A stretch of DNA of 32,000 bases from Mycoplasmoides pneumoniae FH (GTDB lineage: Bacteria > Bacillota_I > Bacilli_A > Mycoplasmatales > Mycoplasmoidaceae), in contig NZ_CP010546.1 of assembly GCF_001272835.1 (NCBI RefSeq), positions 512,809-544,808 of the forward strand, given 5' to 3'. Under the pieces are notes generated by a model. The model had not been told where the DNA came from. It did no database searches and worked only from the letters and a program-made list of their open reading frames with translations. Positions 1-18,260 of the stretch are shown here, one piece after another (position 1 is the first letter of the stretch; each line of letters starts with the position of its first letter). Made by a program: the position numbers and the translations under genes.

Positions 1-220
1 AAAACCATACGCACGAAACCGTTTGAGAAAAACCATTTAAATCAGGTTAGATTTTGCAATAGTGCATTACTAGATTATACTAGTTGGCTTTAAGGAAAGG
101 TTTAGCGCCCCTCAACTAGTTGCACCAACCACTTGTCTTTGGCAAACTAGTACTTGTAATACTTACTTACAATCTAACTATCATGAGCGGTTCAGTTAAA
201 AAAATTAAGCTTAATTAAGT

Positions 221-1093
221 ATGACAAAGACAAGTAAAGCATCCGGGTTAAGCTGGTTTTTTTGTGATTTAGATGGCACTTTACTGCGTTACCAAAACAA
301 CCAGCACTTAATTGAACCAACTACGAAGCGAGCAGTGGCACAGTTAGTGGAGAGTGGTGCCAACTTTGTTGTAGCTACTGGACGCAAACCGAGTGACGTG
401 CGCAACATTTACAAGGAGTTGGGGATTGAACAAGCCAGTCCCTACTTAATTGCCAACAACGGCGCGGTAGTGTGGGATTTAAAGCGCAATAGCTACCTCA
501 ACAAGCAAACCTTGTCTTTAAGTGACTTTGACTTAATTGACCACATTAACCAAACGTTAAACCAATTAAACCACGAGTATGGCTGCATTCTGTATGGCCT
601 CAACGACCAGGTGTACTTTTATCATATCCACGCTCCTGACTCACAGGCCTTCAAACAGTACTTTGCTTTTTATGAAGGCGAATTTGTCCAAAACCAGTAT
701 CTGGAAATAGATGGGCTCAAAACTGAATACAATCTAGTTAAAGCCATTTGGTTTTTTAAGGAAGTGCACCAGCAAAAGGCGGTGATTGCGCAACACTTTA
801 CTAACCAAGAACGCTTGGTCATTACTTCAGCACACTCGTTTGAACTAGTACCGCTTAATGTATCAAAGGGTCATGCGATAAACCTAATTAAACAACAAGT
901 AAAAATCACCGATAACCAGATTATGGTCCTCGGTGACTCTTACAATGACTTGCCAATGTTTCAACATGGTGTAGTTAAGGTAACTAATCACCTCGCACCC
1001 GACAACCTCAAACAACTAGCTACAAGGGTTTATGACCTACCAGCTTCACTGTTTGTGGGTCAAGCGTTGAACGACTACTTTAAGTTCGATTAA
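221..1093 (+). CDS. HAD superfamily (Cof-type) phosphatase/hydrolase, 290 aa
   Basis: Complete ORF with N-terminal motif FFCDLDGTLL, then VVATGRKP and ITDNQIMVLGDSYNDLPMFQ, typical of Cof/HAD IIB hydrolases. Ends in TAA. Confidence 0.93.
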   Translation: MTKTSKASGLSWFFCDLDGTLLRYQNNQHLIEPTTKRAVAQLVESGANFVVATGRKPSDVRNIYKELGIEQASPYLIANNGAVVWDLKRNSYLNKQTLSLSDFDLIDHINQTLNQLNHEYGCILYGLNDQVYFYHIHAPDSQAFKQYFAFYEGEFVQNQYLEIDGLKTEYNLVKAIWFFKEVHQQKAVIAQHFTNQERLVITSAHSFELVPLNVSKGHAINLIKQQVKITDNQIMVLGDSYNDLPMFQHGVVKVTNHLAPDNLKQLATRVYDLPASLFVGQALNDYFKFD

Positions 1094-1098
1094 CTTAT

Positions 1099-2061
1099 TT
1101 ATTTAAGTGTTTGCGCTGCGGTAATAATGCCCACGTTAAAGACATCACTGACACTGGCACCACGGGAAAGGTCGTTAAAAGGACGTGCTAGACCTAAAAC
1201 AATTGGACCAATTGCTTCATAACCACCTAAACGTTGCGCAATCTTGTATCCAATGTTACCAGCATCTAGGTTCGGGAACACATAGATGTTAGCTGATCCA
1301 TTCCAAGTCAAATTAGGGGCTTTTTGTTTGCGTACCTTTTCCACAAAAGCACTGTCAAACTGTAATTCACCACAAACATTAGCTTTGAGTTCGGGGTGTT
1401 TTTCCAAGAAGATTTGGGTCGCACTGACTACTTTGTCCACCGCTTCCCCTTTACCACTGCCCAGTGTTGAATAGCTCAAAAAGACCATCTTGAGTTCTGG
1501 TTCCCCCATACTTTGGGCAAACTTAAAGGTGTTTTCCGCTACAACTGCTAATTCTTGGGGTGAAGGGTAAACAGCAAAAGCACAGTCGGTAAAGTACAAG
1601 CGTTCCTCATTCTTTTCCATGATGAACACACTCGACACAAAGTTACCAGTACCTAACAGTTGTAAAGCAGGACGGAGAGTATCCTTCGTAGCGTATTCCT
1701 TACCACACACTTCCCCATCCACTTCGTTGAGTGCTACTAAAGTGGCTGCTAGGGAACTGGCATCACGGACAAACTTTTGTGCTTCACGCATTTCCATGCC
1801 CTTGTGCTTGCGCTTTTCATAAACGAAGTTAGCGTACTTTGTCAAGTCCATTTCCTCAATCACATAGTGCTTGATGGCGGTGTTAAAACCAGCTGGTACT
1901 TCACTGCGGGTGCGGAAGATCACCGCTGGGGTTAAAATACCCGCTTGCTGGAGCTGGTTAACTGCTTCCATTACGGTTGGCGATCAACCTTCAGGGAAAA
2001 TGATCACTGGCTTTTTACCAGCACTTTGAACACGTTGTTTTAAAAGATCAATAACACTCAT
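1099..2061 (-). CDS. pta: Phosphate acetyltransferase, 320 aa
   Basis: ORF 1099..1971 extends upstream through one TGA(Trp): MSVIDLLKQRVQSAGKKPVIIFPEGWSPTVMEAVNQLQQAGI. Contains TLRPALQLLGTG and DAGNIGYKIAQRLGG, typical of Pta. Confidence 0.96.
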
Positions 2062-2098
2062 AAAAACCTGCTTACTTAGTTTTACTCTTTACTTTAAT

Positions 2099-3328
2099 TT
2101 ACTTTTTTTGAATATCGCTAATTCCCACTAGCTCTTCCCCACCTATTAGTGCTAAAGATGCACCACCACCAGTGGAAATAAAACTAAATTGATCAGCAAT
2201 CTGGAGTTGTTTAGCAGCGGCTGCAGAATCACCACCGCCAATGACACTAAAGGCTTGTTGGTTTTGCGCAATCGCTTTACCAATTGCTAAGGTACCCTGA
2301 GCATAGTTGCTAAATTCAAATACGCCCATGGGACCATTCCAAAAGATTGTTTTGGCCTTGGCGAGGTAACTGCTAAACAGGGCCACTGTTTTGCTACCCA
2401 CATCCAAGGACATAAAGCCCTGAAGTTCTGCTGGTCATTGGGGGGCTACAACACACTCCACGCCTGGTTCATCCTTAAAGCTAGCATGAAGCATTTGGTC
2501 TACCCCCAAGACAATTTTCTTGTCCTTGTCACTGTCAAGGATTTGCTTGGCGGTTTGGACTAAGTCTTCCTCCACTAAGGAAGTGCCAACTTCGTTACCC
2601 AGAGCTTTGAGGAAGGTGTTGATCATGCCCCCACCTATTAAAATATGATCCGCAATCTTGAGCAGGTTATTTACTACCTGTAACTTATCAGAAACCTTAG
2701 CGCCACCCAACACAACCACAAACGGTTTGGGTGGGTTATTAATTAAGCGGTAGAGGTTGATCAATTCCCGCTCCATTAAAAGACCAATGCAGGAGTTTTT
2801 GATGTACTTGGCAATGCCAGCGTTGGAAGCGTGACGGCGGTGGGCGGTGCCAAAGGCGTCATTGACAAAGATGTCACCCAATGATGCTCAGAACTGTGCT
2901 AACTCAGCGTTATTCTTGCTTTCGTGTTTAACCACTTCACCAGCCTCATTCACATCACAGTAACGCGTGTTTTCCAACACCAAAATTTCCCCTAATGGGA
3001 GTTGATTGACTGCGACTTTGACCTTGTCACCCGTGTTTTCCGGACAAAAGTGAACCTTGGTGTCCTTTAATAAATTTTGTAAAGCACTAGCTACTGGTTG
3101 GAGTGACTTCTTACCCTTTTTGTCATCGAGCGATTTGACTCGTGACAAATGGGACAGTAACACAATTTTGCAATTGTGACCCAAGAGGTACTTAATCGTG
3201 TCTAAGCTAGCTAGTATGCGTTCGTTGTCGGTAATGACCCCGTCCTTCATCGGCACATTGAGGTCAGCACGTAAGACTACGGTTTTACCCTGAAAGTCAA
3301 ACGCTTGGACTGTTTTAAAGTCAACCAT
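2099..3328 (-). CDS. pgk: Phosphoglycerate kinase, 409 aa
   Basis: Three same-frame ORFs joined through TGA(Trp). Starts [30 protein letters not shown]; contains [19 protein letters not shown] and [10 protein letters not shown] plus [12 protein letters not shown]; ends TAA at 2099-2101. Confidence 0.97.
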
Positions 3329-3330
3329 GA

Positions 3331-4350
<1,020 letters not shown>

Positions 4351-4374
4351 CTAATTAGTTTATATTTTACTACT

Positions 4375-5328
4375 TTAACCTATGGCGAGTAATTCTAGTT
4401 GCCAAAAAGCTAAAAGTTGTGGACTGGAAATTTGCTTAAAAAAGCAAAAGTTTTGGTGGGTAAAGGTAAAGCTGTAGTGCGGATTGGTTCAGTACACCAA
4501 GTGTCAGTTGTTCACCATTAATAAGCAACTAAGTAAGACAAAAAGCCCCAGAAAGACTATCCCACCCCAAAGGTTGTACTTTTGGAGATAGTGCGTTTTA
4601 TTAGGATTGTCCAACTGGTAACCCTTGGCTTGTAGCGCAAACGCGACTGCCTCGGTTTTTTTGACCGTTGACAATAACACCGGAATAAAGAGCGTTTTGA
4701 GTTTGACTGGATTTAAAAAGGCTAGCTTACCGTACTTAAAACCACGGATTGCTTGCGCTTGTTTAATCCGTTTTAATTCACCCTTAACAATGGGTAACAG
4801 TTTAAACACCAGTGCAAATAAGATGCTTAACGGTTGTGTTTTAATTTTGAGGTAGCGCAAAGGGGTACACAACCGTTCGACCCCAAACGCTAACTCATAA
4901 ATCGAAGTGGACGCAGTTAAGAGAAAGGACGTGGCAAACAGCATGCTAATTCGTAGTGCTATTACCAATGAACGTAGTAAAGAGCGGGTATTGACACTCC
5001 ACCAACTCACCCCACCAAACTGTTCACCGCCTGAATAAATAAAATGACCTAAAAAATTTTCATTTTGACTGGCCAATGCACTCGAATTCGGTAAGAAAAT
5101 AAAGCCGTTGACGACAATGTTAAACCAAAAGAAGAATAACAGTCAGCCAAAGATAATGGCAAACGTTTTGAGTTTGCGCTCCACTACAATCACAAGCGCA
5201 AAGAAGATCGCATTAATAATAATTAGTCCGTGTAGCCCTAACGGGAGAAAGGCCACCACAAGGCTAATAATTCACCACCACAGCTTTAAAACGGGTGGTA
5301 ACTGACTTAAAAAGTTTTTACTGGTCAT
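4375..5328 (-). CDS. ecfT: EcfT-like transmembrane component of an energy-coupling factor transporter, about 317 aa
   Basis: ORF 4504..5076 extends both ways through TGA(Trp). New start MTSKNFLSQLPPVLKLWWWIISLVVAFLPLGLHG and new end at TAA 4375-4377. Multipass hydrophobic with the coupling motif ARG-like segment QAIRGFKYGKLAFLNP. Position next to two ABC ATPases. Confidence 0.85.
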
Positions 5329-6379
5329 GGAAGAGCGGTTTGAGTTGATCAATCAGATCGTGTACGGTTTTAATGGCTAAGGGATCGTTTAACTGCACAC
5401 CCTTTGCTTGTAACAACTGAATGGTTTGCACCACAAGTGGTGGGGTAATTTCGTACCGTTGTAAAAGCTGCATGTTGTTAAAGAAATCTGCAACACTCAT
5501 TTGGTCGACAATTTGACCAGCCTCTAATTGAATCAGACTGTCAGCGGTTTCGTAAATGAAATCAACGTCGTGACTGACAATCATAATGCGCGTGACCTGT
5601 TTTAATTGTTTGAGTAAAGCACTTTTAAGTGCTTTACCCTCCTGGTCTAACCCGACCGTTGGTTCGTCCAAAATGAGAAATTGCACTTGCATGGCTAATA
5701 CACTCGCCAATGCCAAGCGTTTCTTTTGTCCGCCACTCAACTCCAAGGGGTTTTTAATTAGGGGAATGTGGTCCAAACCACACATCTCTAAGTACTTTTT
5801 GGCAAAGTTGACATCACCCTTTTGACACAAACCGAGGTTAATCGCTCCCGTTAACACCTCTTCTAAAACGGAATCACAGAAAAACTGTTCTTCGGCTTTT
5901 TGTAACACATAGCCAATGCTGTTTTGGAACTGCTTTGTGGCACGGTTATGTTTTTGGTTGGCAAAGTAATAAAAGTTACCACAGTTCAAAAAACCACAGG
6001 TCGGATTTTCAACTAAACCTAACTGTTTAATTAGGGTCGTTTTGCCACTGCCACTAGGACCAAAAATAACGGTAATTTGGTTAGGTTCCACACTACCGGT
6101 AACGTTTTTAATAATTTGACCAGCATTGCTTTTATCAACAAAGACACTAAGGTTGTAAAAATACAGCGTACTTTGCGCTAAATCAACTAACTGCTGGTTA
6201 AACAGCGGGGTGTGTTTTTTAGCTGTTAAATAATAAAAAGGGTGCACCAGTTTATCAAACTGTTTGCAGTACCAAAAGTAGTGTTTAATGCTGCTTTGAA
6301 TCAGTTTGCGGTTAACCTTATTGGCTAAACCACGGTACTGTGGTGCAATCAGTGATCAAATTATTTGAGGTGTTTGCAT
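5318..6379 (-). CDS. ecfA2: ECF transporter ATP-binding protein (EcfA2-like), about 353 aa, with an unusual N-terminal extension
   Basis: ORF 5318..6247 (GTG start in the track) extends upstream in frame through TGA to ATG at 6379: MQTPQIIWSLIAPQYRGLANKVNRKLIQSSIKHYFWYCKQFDKLVHPF. Walker A GPSGSGKTT, signature LSGGQKKRLALA, Walker B QFLILDEPT. Confidence 0.9.
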
Positions 6380-7173
6380 ATTCAATCAACAACGTCTTGC
6401 AACTCCTCAATTGGACCCTTCATTTCGTGGTGGAGATGATCCGCTACTTCATGGGCCAAAAGTCATGGAAACGGGAGGGTAAAGTGGTGCTGGTGGAACA
6501 AGTGGAGCTGTTTGTATATGGCAGCGGGTGAAAACTGTTTTAACAGCTGTCCCTTACTTAAAAAGATAATTTCATCCGCTAAGAAGAGGTCATTAAAGTC
6601 ATGGGTAACATTAATAACTGTTTTTTGCTGTTCTTTAATTACCTTAAAAATGAACCGCTTTAGTTTGCTAGCTAGCTTACCATCCAACATACTAAAGGCT
6701 TCATCTAGTAAATAAAGTTCGGGTTTCACCGCCAGTAAACAAGCAAACACGGCCCGTTGTTTTTCGCCAAACGACAGCTTACTGAGCGGTGTGAACTGTT
6801 TACCTTGTAGTTCTACAACCGCTAAAACATCAGCAATCACTCGGTCCATTTGTTTAGGATCCACCCCGTGGTTTTCCAAGCTAAAAATGAGCTCTTGGTG
6901 CAGCGTATCACCCAACAGTTGCATGTCGGGATCTTGCAGTAAGATACCAATTTGGCGAAAACCAACTTCTTCCAAGGGTTGACCCCTAAAAAAGATTGTT
7001 TGTTTCGGTGCTTTTAAAAATCCGCCTAACAGTTTGACCAGTGTCGATTTACCCGAACCATTGTGGCCAATAATGGCTACATGGGTGTTGGGTTTGAGGC
7101 TAAAATTGAGCTTTTCTAAGGCCGGTTGACTGTGGCGCGGATAGGTAAAACTGAGGTTGGTAACGTTGAGCAA
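6361..7173 (-). CDS. ecfA1: ECF transporter ATP-binding protein (EcfA1-like), about 270 aa
   Basis: ORF 6463..7173 extended at the 3' end through TGA(Trp) to TAA 6361-6363. TTG start (TAA in frame just upstream). Walker A GHNGSGKST, LSFGEKQRAVFA, ELYLLDEAFS. Confidence 0.88.
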
Positions 7174-7278
7174 TTTAAGTTTTTATTTTTAAATTTTAAA
7201 AATAAGACTAATTGAAAAAATGGTTTAAAAAGTGCTTAAAGACGTCTATAAACCATTATTACAGGTCAAATAAGACAT

Positions 7279-7311
7279 AAAAAAAGAGCAGTTTAACTGC
7301 CCTCTTTTTAT
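7279..7311 (-). terminator. Rho-independent terminator-like hairpin downstream of dnaK
   Basis: Minus strand reads AAAAAGAGGGCAG TTAAA CTGCTCTTTTTT: AAAAAGAG/CTCTTTTT plus CAG/CTG pairing with a small bulge, ending in a U-run. Confidence 0.7.
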
Positions 7312-7330
7312 TGATCTACTGCAACAGTAA

Positions 7331-9141
<1,811 letters not shown>

Positions 9142-9150
9142 AACAAATCG

Positions 9151-9177
9151 TTAGCACTTTTAGCGTTTGAGTGCTAA
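9151..9177 (-). promoter_or_regulatory. CIRCE element (HrcA operator) of dnaK
   Basis: Plus strand TTAGCACTT-TTAGCGTTT-GAGTGCTAA. Matches consensus TTAGCACTC-N9-GAGTGCTAA with one mismatch. Confidence 0.95.
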
Positions 9178-10361
9178 TTATGTAACTTTTTATTGTTCCA
9201 AAAGTGGTGGTTAATCAAGTTAACTGTTGGTAATACTGGTTTGGGGTGTTTGAATTCAATTACTACTTTAACCACTCAACCAATAAAACAGAGACTAAAT
9301 AAGATAGCTGGAATATAAACAGAGAGAAACCTTCACAAAAAGACCCCTTGCTTTACTTGCGATTCAATACCAACAGCCGATTTAAAGGCATTTAAAAAGC
9401 TTGTCATTACAAACTGGGTAGCACCTTCCCCACTAGGTACGGGAATAAAGTTAGAAGCGGTAATGGCAATGTTAGTGATGTTGAAAATGTCAGCCGTAGA
9501 GTACTGGTCAATAACGTTGTTAGTTGCGTTTTCCTTTTTGACAATGGCAAAAACAGCAAACACACTAAAGTAACCCACCACTGCTATTAAGATATTGGCT
9601 AGTAATTTGAAGATCGTCAAGCCTAAACGTTTAATTTCTAAACCATACAACTTATTAAACTCTGCCTTATCAATAAAACGCTGGTAAATCTGTTCCTTAG
9701 TTAAGTAAGGACGCTTAATTCACTTACGAAACTGGTTTACCCCGGAGTAAATTAAGACATGCATCCTTTTACTGTAGGCAATAAAGATAAATAAGATGGC
9801 TACCACCACATCAAAGATCATCCCCGCAAAACTAAATCAGTACGACACAAACCCTTCGTGGTTTTGTTCTAACAAAGCATAGTTTTGGGAAAGAACAAAG
9901 AAAGATGGTCAAGTAATTAACGCTTGGGCAAGGTTCCAAAAGGCGCCCGTGGAAGTAACTAATAAGACCGCTGTCTGCTTCTTCATGCCCTTTTTAATGA
10001 ACCAGTACAAGCGAAAGGGATCTTGACCCAAGGAAAGTGGGGTGACAATTTGAAAGAACTGCACTACACAAGCAAACAGAACCCACTCCCATCAAGGGGC
10101 ATGGAAGCAAAAGCGGCGTGCTACTCATCAATTAATGATTATGTTTCAAGCTAGGGTAACCACAATCCCCAATACTATTAACAGTATTCAGGGTCAGTTA
10201 GTTCTGTTAATGGTGTTAATAATCGTTTTAACATCACCAGTTTTAATGTCTAAAAAGAAGACGGTCACCAATACACTAACAACCACCAAAAAGGCAATAA
10301 AAAAGCTAAAGGCAAGAATATTTTTTCTAGTAAAAAAACTAGCGCTTTTAGGGGTTGACAT
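9174..10361 (-). CDS. Multipass membrane protein, MG306/MPN435-like, about 395 aa
   Basis: Re-joined frame starts MSTPKSASFFTRKNILAFSFFIAFLVVVSVLVTVFFLDIKTGDVKTIINTINRTNW. Many TGA(Trp) codons; multiple hydrophobic segments; ends TAG 9174-9176. Confidence 0.85.
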
Positions 10362-10370
10362 TGACCTTTG

Positions 10371-13300
10371 CTATTTGAGCAATTTTAACCCACTTTCTAT
10401 CCGTTTATCACCAATATTTAACTGCGGCTTATTAATGGCACTAAGTGCCAACTGTTGTGTGCCCTTGTCTGCTGCTTGGAATAAAAGCAGCGCTGCCACA
10501 ACATCACTGGCAATTTTATTGTTGGTACCGCTTGTAGTTGTTAGACTCAAGCTGTCAATGTCTTGGTAAGTGAACTGGGTGTAGGTGTACTTGTCACTAC
10601 CATTTTGGTAAGTGAGGTAGTTGCCAGTTCCACTTGGAGTAGAATCCCTTTGGCTCTTTTGGGCACCATTACCAAAGTAGTTTTGGTACTGGTCCAAGAG
10701 GTCTAATAACAGTTGACGCTTAGCTTGGAAGTCCAAAGTTGGGTTGCCAACGGCATCCACTTGGAAGTAGGTCGCAATTGTTTTGCCACTGCCACCATTA
10801 GTTGTGGAAGGATTTAATCCACTTAACTGGACTGCAATCCGGTCTAGTAACAATTGGTTATTAGTCCCTTGAATGATCTTTTTGAGTTGATCCTTGGAAC
10901 CGTACTGTTGCAAGGAGGTTTTCGTAATTTGCTGCAAAATGGCATCACGGGAACTAGCATCGAACATCGAACTAGTGCTGGTACTCAAACCAGTAAAACC
11001 ATAGTGATCAGTTGAATTTTGTTGCATTTGTTGTTTTTGTACTAATGCTAAGCTAGCAACTTGTTGAGTGGCTTGTACCGTTGGCTTGGTTGTTGTTTTG
11101 TAAAAGAAGTTATTGGGATCTAGTGTTTGAGTGGATTCTTTAACTTCGTTAGCGGAGTTCTCATAGTTGAAGTAGGAACCAAATACGCCTTGGGGATTAG
11201 AGAAGTTAGTGGTTTCAGTGTTCTTGTAAGCTATAAAAGCAACTTCACCAAACTTAAGGTTTGTTTTTAACAGTGACTTAAAGTTCTTTAATTTTTGGTC
11301 CACTAGCCACTGTAAGGTATAGATAAAACGGTAATGGTCAATGACCGCTTTGTAATCAACGTTAAAGGACTTTTCGTCGATGCTAGCTTCAAAAGCCAGT
11401 TTGAAAAGCTCATCAAACTTGTTGTCCTTCGGGTTACCGTAAATCGATTTGTCCGTGAGTTTAGCCCAAGTAGTGTAGTAATAGTTACCGATAACTTTAC
11501 TTAATGCATCGGCATCACTGTTGGTTGTGGAACTACTTTGCATTCCACCATTATTACTGGACTTTTCCTGAATGTCTTTAAACAACTTTTGTGCTTTCTT
11601 AAATAAATCGTTATTATCGAACGCTTGTTTGAGCAACATAAACGAAAGCGGGTTGACTTTGTCGCTCTGTAATAAGCTAGCTAAGCTCCAGTTAGCACCA
11701 CTAGAAAGTACTTTGTCATTGTTAACGTTTAACAAAATGACGTTACTGTAAGCTGGTCGGGGTGCTAAAGCAGGTTTGAGTTTGTTTTTAACAAAATCAT
11801 TTACTTTAGTTTGGATGTTTTCCAAGATTTTGTCCCTAATCTTGTCAACGTCAGCAGTTTTAGTTTTGAGCTTATTGCTTTCTTCACTTATGCTTGTTTC
11901 TTCTTGACCAACTTTAGGTCACAATGTTTTTGTGATTAAGAAGGTAAAGTAGTTGTTTAACTTTTCGTAATTACCGTTAGTATTAACGTAAGGTAACTTG
12001 GCTGACAAACCGTTCAACCAAGGGGTTGGATTGGCTTGGTTGACGTTTTGGTTAAGATTACGGGCGCGCTCTAGCAACTTGTTATTGAGCGCTTTCATTT
12101 GATCAAAATAAAAGCTGATCATTGTGGTTGCTAAAGCCACCGGCGCAAATTCTTTAATTAACTCTTTATAAGGATTAAAAGCTTCAGTTAAAGCTTTGCT
12201 AGCTTTATCCTTTTGGTCAAGACTAGCGTTAACTAAGGCGTTGGCCAAAATTAGTTCCCGGTGTTTATCAAACCAACTTTTTAGCGTTTCGTTTAAGGGA
12301 AAACTAAAGGCAAAGTTAGTACTGTAGAAAGTGTTAGTTTTAGCTTGAAAGGCACGAAACTTTAAGAATTGTTTTTGCTTGTCAAGGTCTCTTAATACTT
12401 TATTACTGTTACCTGAACTAGATTTAGTTAATAAGGTTAAACTTTGCTTAGAAACTGATTTTTTATTTGTTGAATCTTGTTTTAAATAATAGCTCCCACC
12501 ATCAAGGCCGAAAACAGTTACTCCGGTGCTATTACGCACAATCCGGAATTTAATGGGACTGTAACTGTTTTGATCAGTTTGCTGAACCTGCCTTAAATTT
12601 ATAGATCCAGATTTTAAGGCAACTAAAACTTCATTAGAAGCGCTATTATTTTTCGATTTTGATGTTGTTGAATTAAATGTAGGAATAGCTGCATCTAAAA
12701 CAACGTAATTGTTTTGTTGGCCCTTAGAATTGTTAGTTCTTAAAACAGCTGTTTTCGCTTCCATTTTTGTTGCAGCTGCTTTCTTTACCTGCTCCGCTAA
12801 CTTACTTAAGTTAGTGCCTTCGCTTGTGTTTTGAGCAAAAATGTCATCTAAAGCGCCAGCAATTGGATCTGAGTCACTTTGTTGTTGCTTACCTTCTTGA
12901 TCACTGTAAAACAGTGCGTTAGTTTTGGAAGCTTTTTCTACGTCCTTACTTTTATCGACAACAATCGTGTTGTTAAGGTCTTCTTTGAGCTCCTTAATTT
13001 GCGGCAATTCGTCATTATCTTGCTCAAAAACTTGCAGTTTTAAATTTAAAGCTGCACCTAAGTTAGCCGCTTCTAACTGATCGACAATGTTAGAAGCGTC
13101 TACTAATTGCTTCGTTTCGTTAGTATCTGATAAATTTAAGGGAAAATCAAGAAAATCACCCTTATTTGATTCATTACGGTATTTGAGCAGACCAGTTTTT
13201 TGGCTGTTTGTACCGCTTTGACCGATATTATTATCAGTAATAGCGCCCTCACCTTTAACTAACTGCTTTCAGCGCTTATTACCAACGTTTTGGTTGGGTG

Positions 13301-14105
13301 CAATGTCTTTTTCTTCGGCAAAGAAAGGAAAGGCATAAGAAGGTGTTAGTTTATCCTTTAACTTCTCTCTGTTATAGATCTGACCTAACCCTTGACTGGG
13401 AGCAGAATACTTATAGTTAACTTGACTAATTAAAGTGGGATCAGTGTACTCCACCCATTGGTCAAATACTTGGCTTTGAATTTTGGCGAAAAAGTCATCA
13501 TTAGTTTCACTAAAACGTGGGGCACTAAATTCAAAGTTTTTTCAGCTTTCTTCCTTGTGTAGTTCATCATAAGTAAATGGACCAGTAGAAACTTGTCCAT
13601 CTTTTTTGTAATTGAGGTAGTTCTTTTGGAAAACCCGACTAGCAAAGTCACTAATGAGCTGTTCAAGCAGCTTTTGCGCTTTCCAGGTTGCTTCACTACC
13701 ACCGGCGTTATCCAACAAATCTTGTTGCACAAAAAGTGATTTATTGCGTGATGCTGATACCACTTTATCGACTGCCGTTGTGTACTGACTGTCAACATTG
13801 GACTTAGTGTCTTTTAAAAACTGGGTAATCTTTTTGTCTTCGTTGTTTTCGTACCAAGCTTCTAGTGCTTTTAAAAGTGGTGCAGCGATAAATTGTTTGT
13901 TGGCCACTGGATTTTTTAAAGCCGTTGTTAGGGCACTTTGTAAACTACCCTGTTCACCATTGAAAAACTGACTGGAACGCGCTTTAAAAACGGTTTGTAA
14001 AGCCGAGTTGGAAGGGGTAGCACAAGCAGCTAAAATAACACTAGTAGACAGAAAACCGCCTAATGTTAAGAGTCAAAATTGGGGTTTTCTTAGAAACTTT
14101 TTCAT
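10371..14105 (-). CDS. Large lipoprotein, MG307 homolog (copy 1, intact), 1244 aa
   Basis: All component ORFs (10371..11825, 11919..13007, 13269..13454, 13542..13907) share one frame, separated only by TGA. Starts [28 protein letters not shown] with lipobox ILAAC; ends TAG. Confidence 0.93.
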
Positions 14106-14300
14106 TAACGCGGTTTTTGCTCTCTAAAGGTTAAATTTTTGCTTTATTTTGGCACTTTAAAAGCTAGTTTTTACCTAAAAATAAGTATTGATAAGTAAGA
14201 AAAACTGCTTTAGTGCCCACTGGTGCAACTAGCTTAATCTCTTGGCTTAATTTTGTACATTTTAAACCACGATGGCATGACAAACTTACAATTTCAAACG

Positions 14301-14316
14301 TTTTTTTTTTTTTTTT
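14301..14316 (-). repeat. A16 homopolymer (T16 on plus strand) upstream of lipoprotein copy 1
   Basis: Sixteen consecutive T on the plus strand between copy 2 stop (14357) and copy 1 start (14105). Confidence 0.95.
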
Positions 14317-14356
14317 GAAAGAAATTGATTGCTTTAACTAACCTGCTTTTATCTAA

Positions 14357-18152
<3,796 letters not shown>

Positions 18153-18260
18153 TTAAAATAGTGCCGTTTGTTCTAAAAAAGAAAAAAGCAAGCTTACTTT
18201 TTGGCTTAAGGTTTTTAAATTTTAAAGCACCTCGATATTTTTGAAAAATTATTTCTAAAC

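Noticed and set aside
1-180. Possible 3' end of an upstream gene
   Set aside because: All three plus frames close within about 95 nt and no family could be recognised from so short a fragment.
1093-1099. Search for a terminator between the convergent hydrolase and pta genes
   Set aside because: Only 5 nt separate the two stop codons and I saw no convincing hairpin with a T-run, so no terminator is claimed.
10135-10569. 144-aa plus-strand ORF over the MPN435-like/copy 1 junction
   Set aside because: Antisense to both re-joined genes, hydrophobic because it mirrors membrane-protein codons; no independent evidence.
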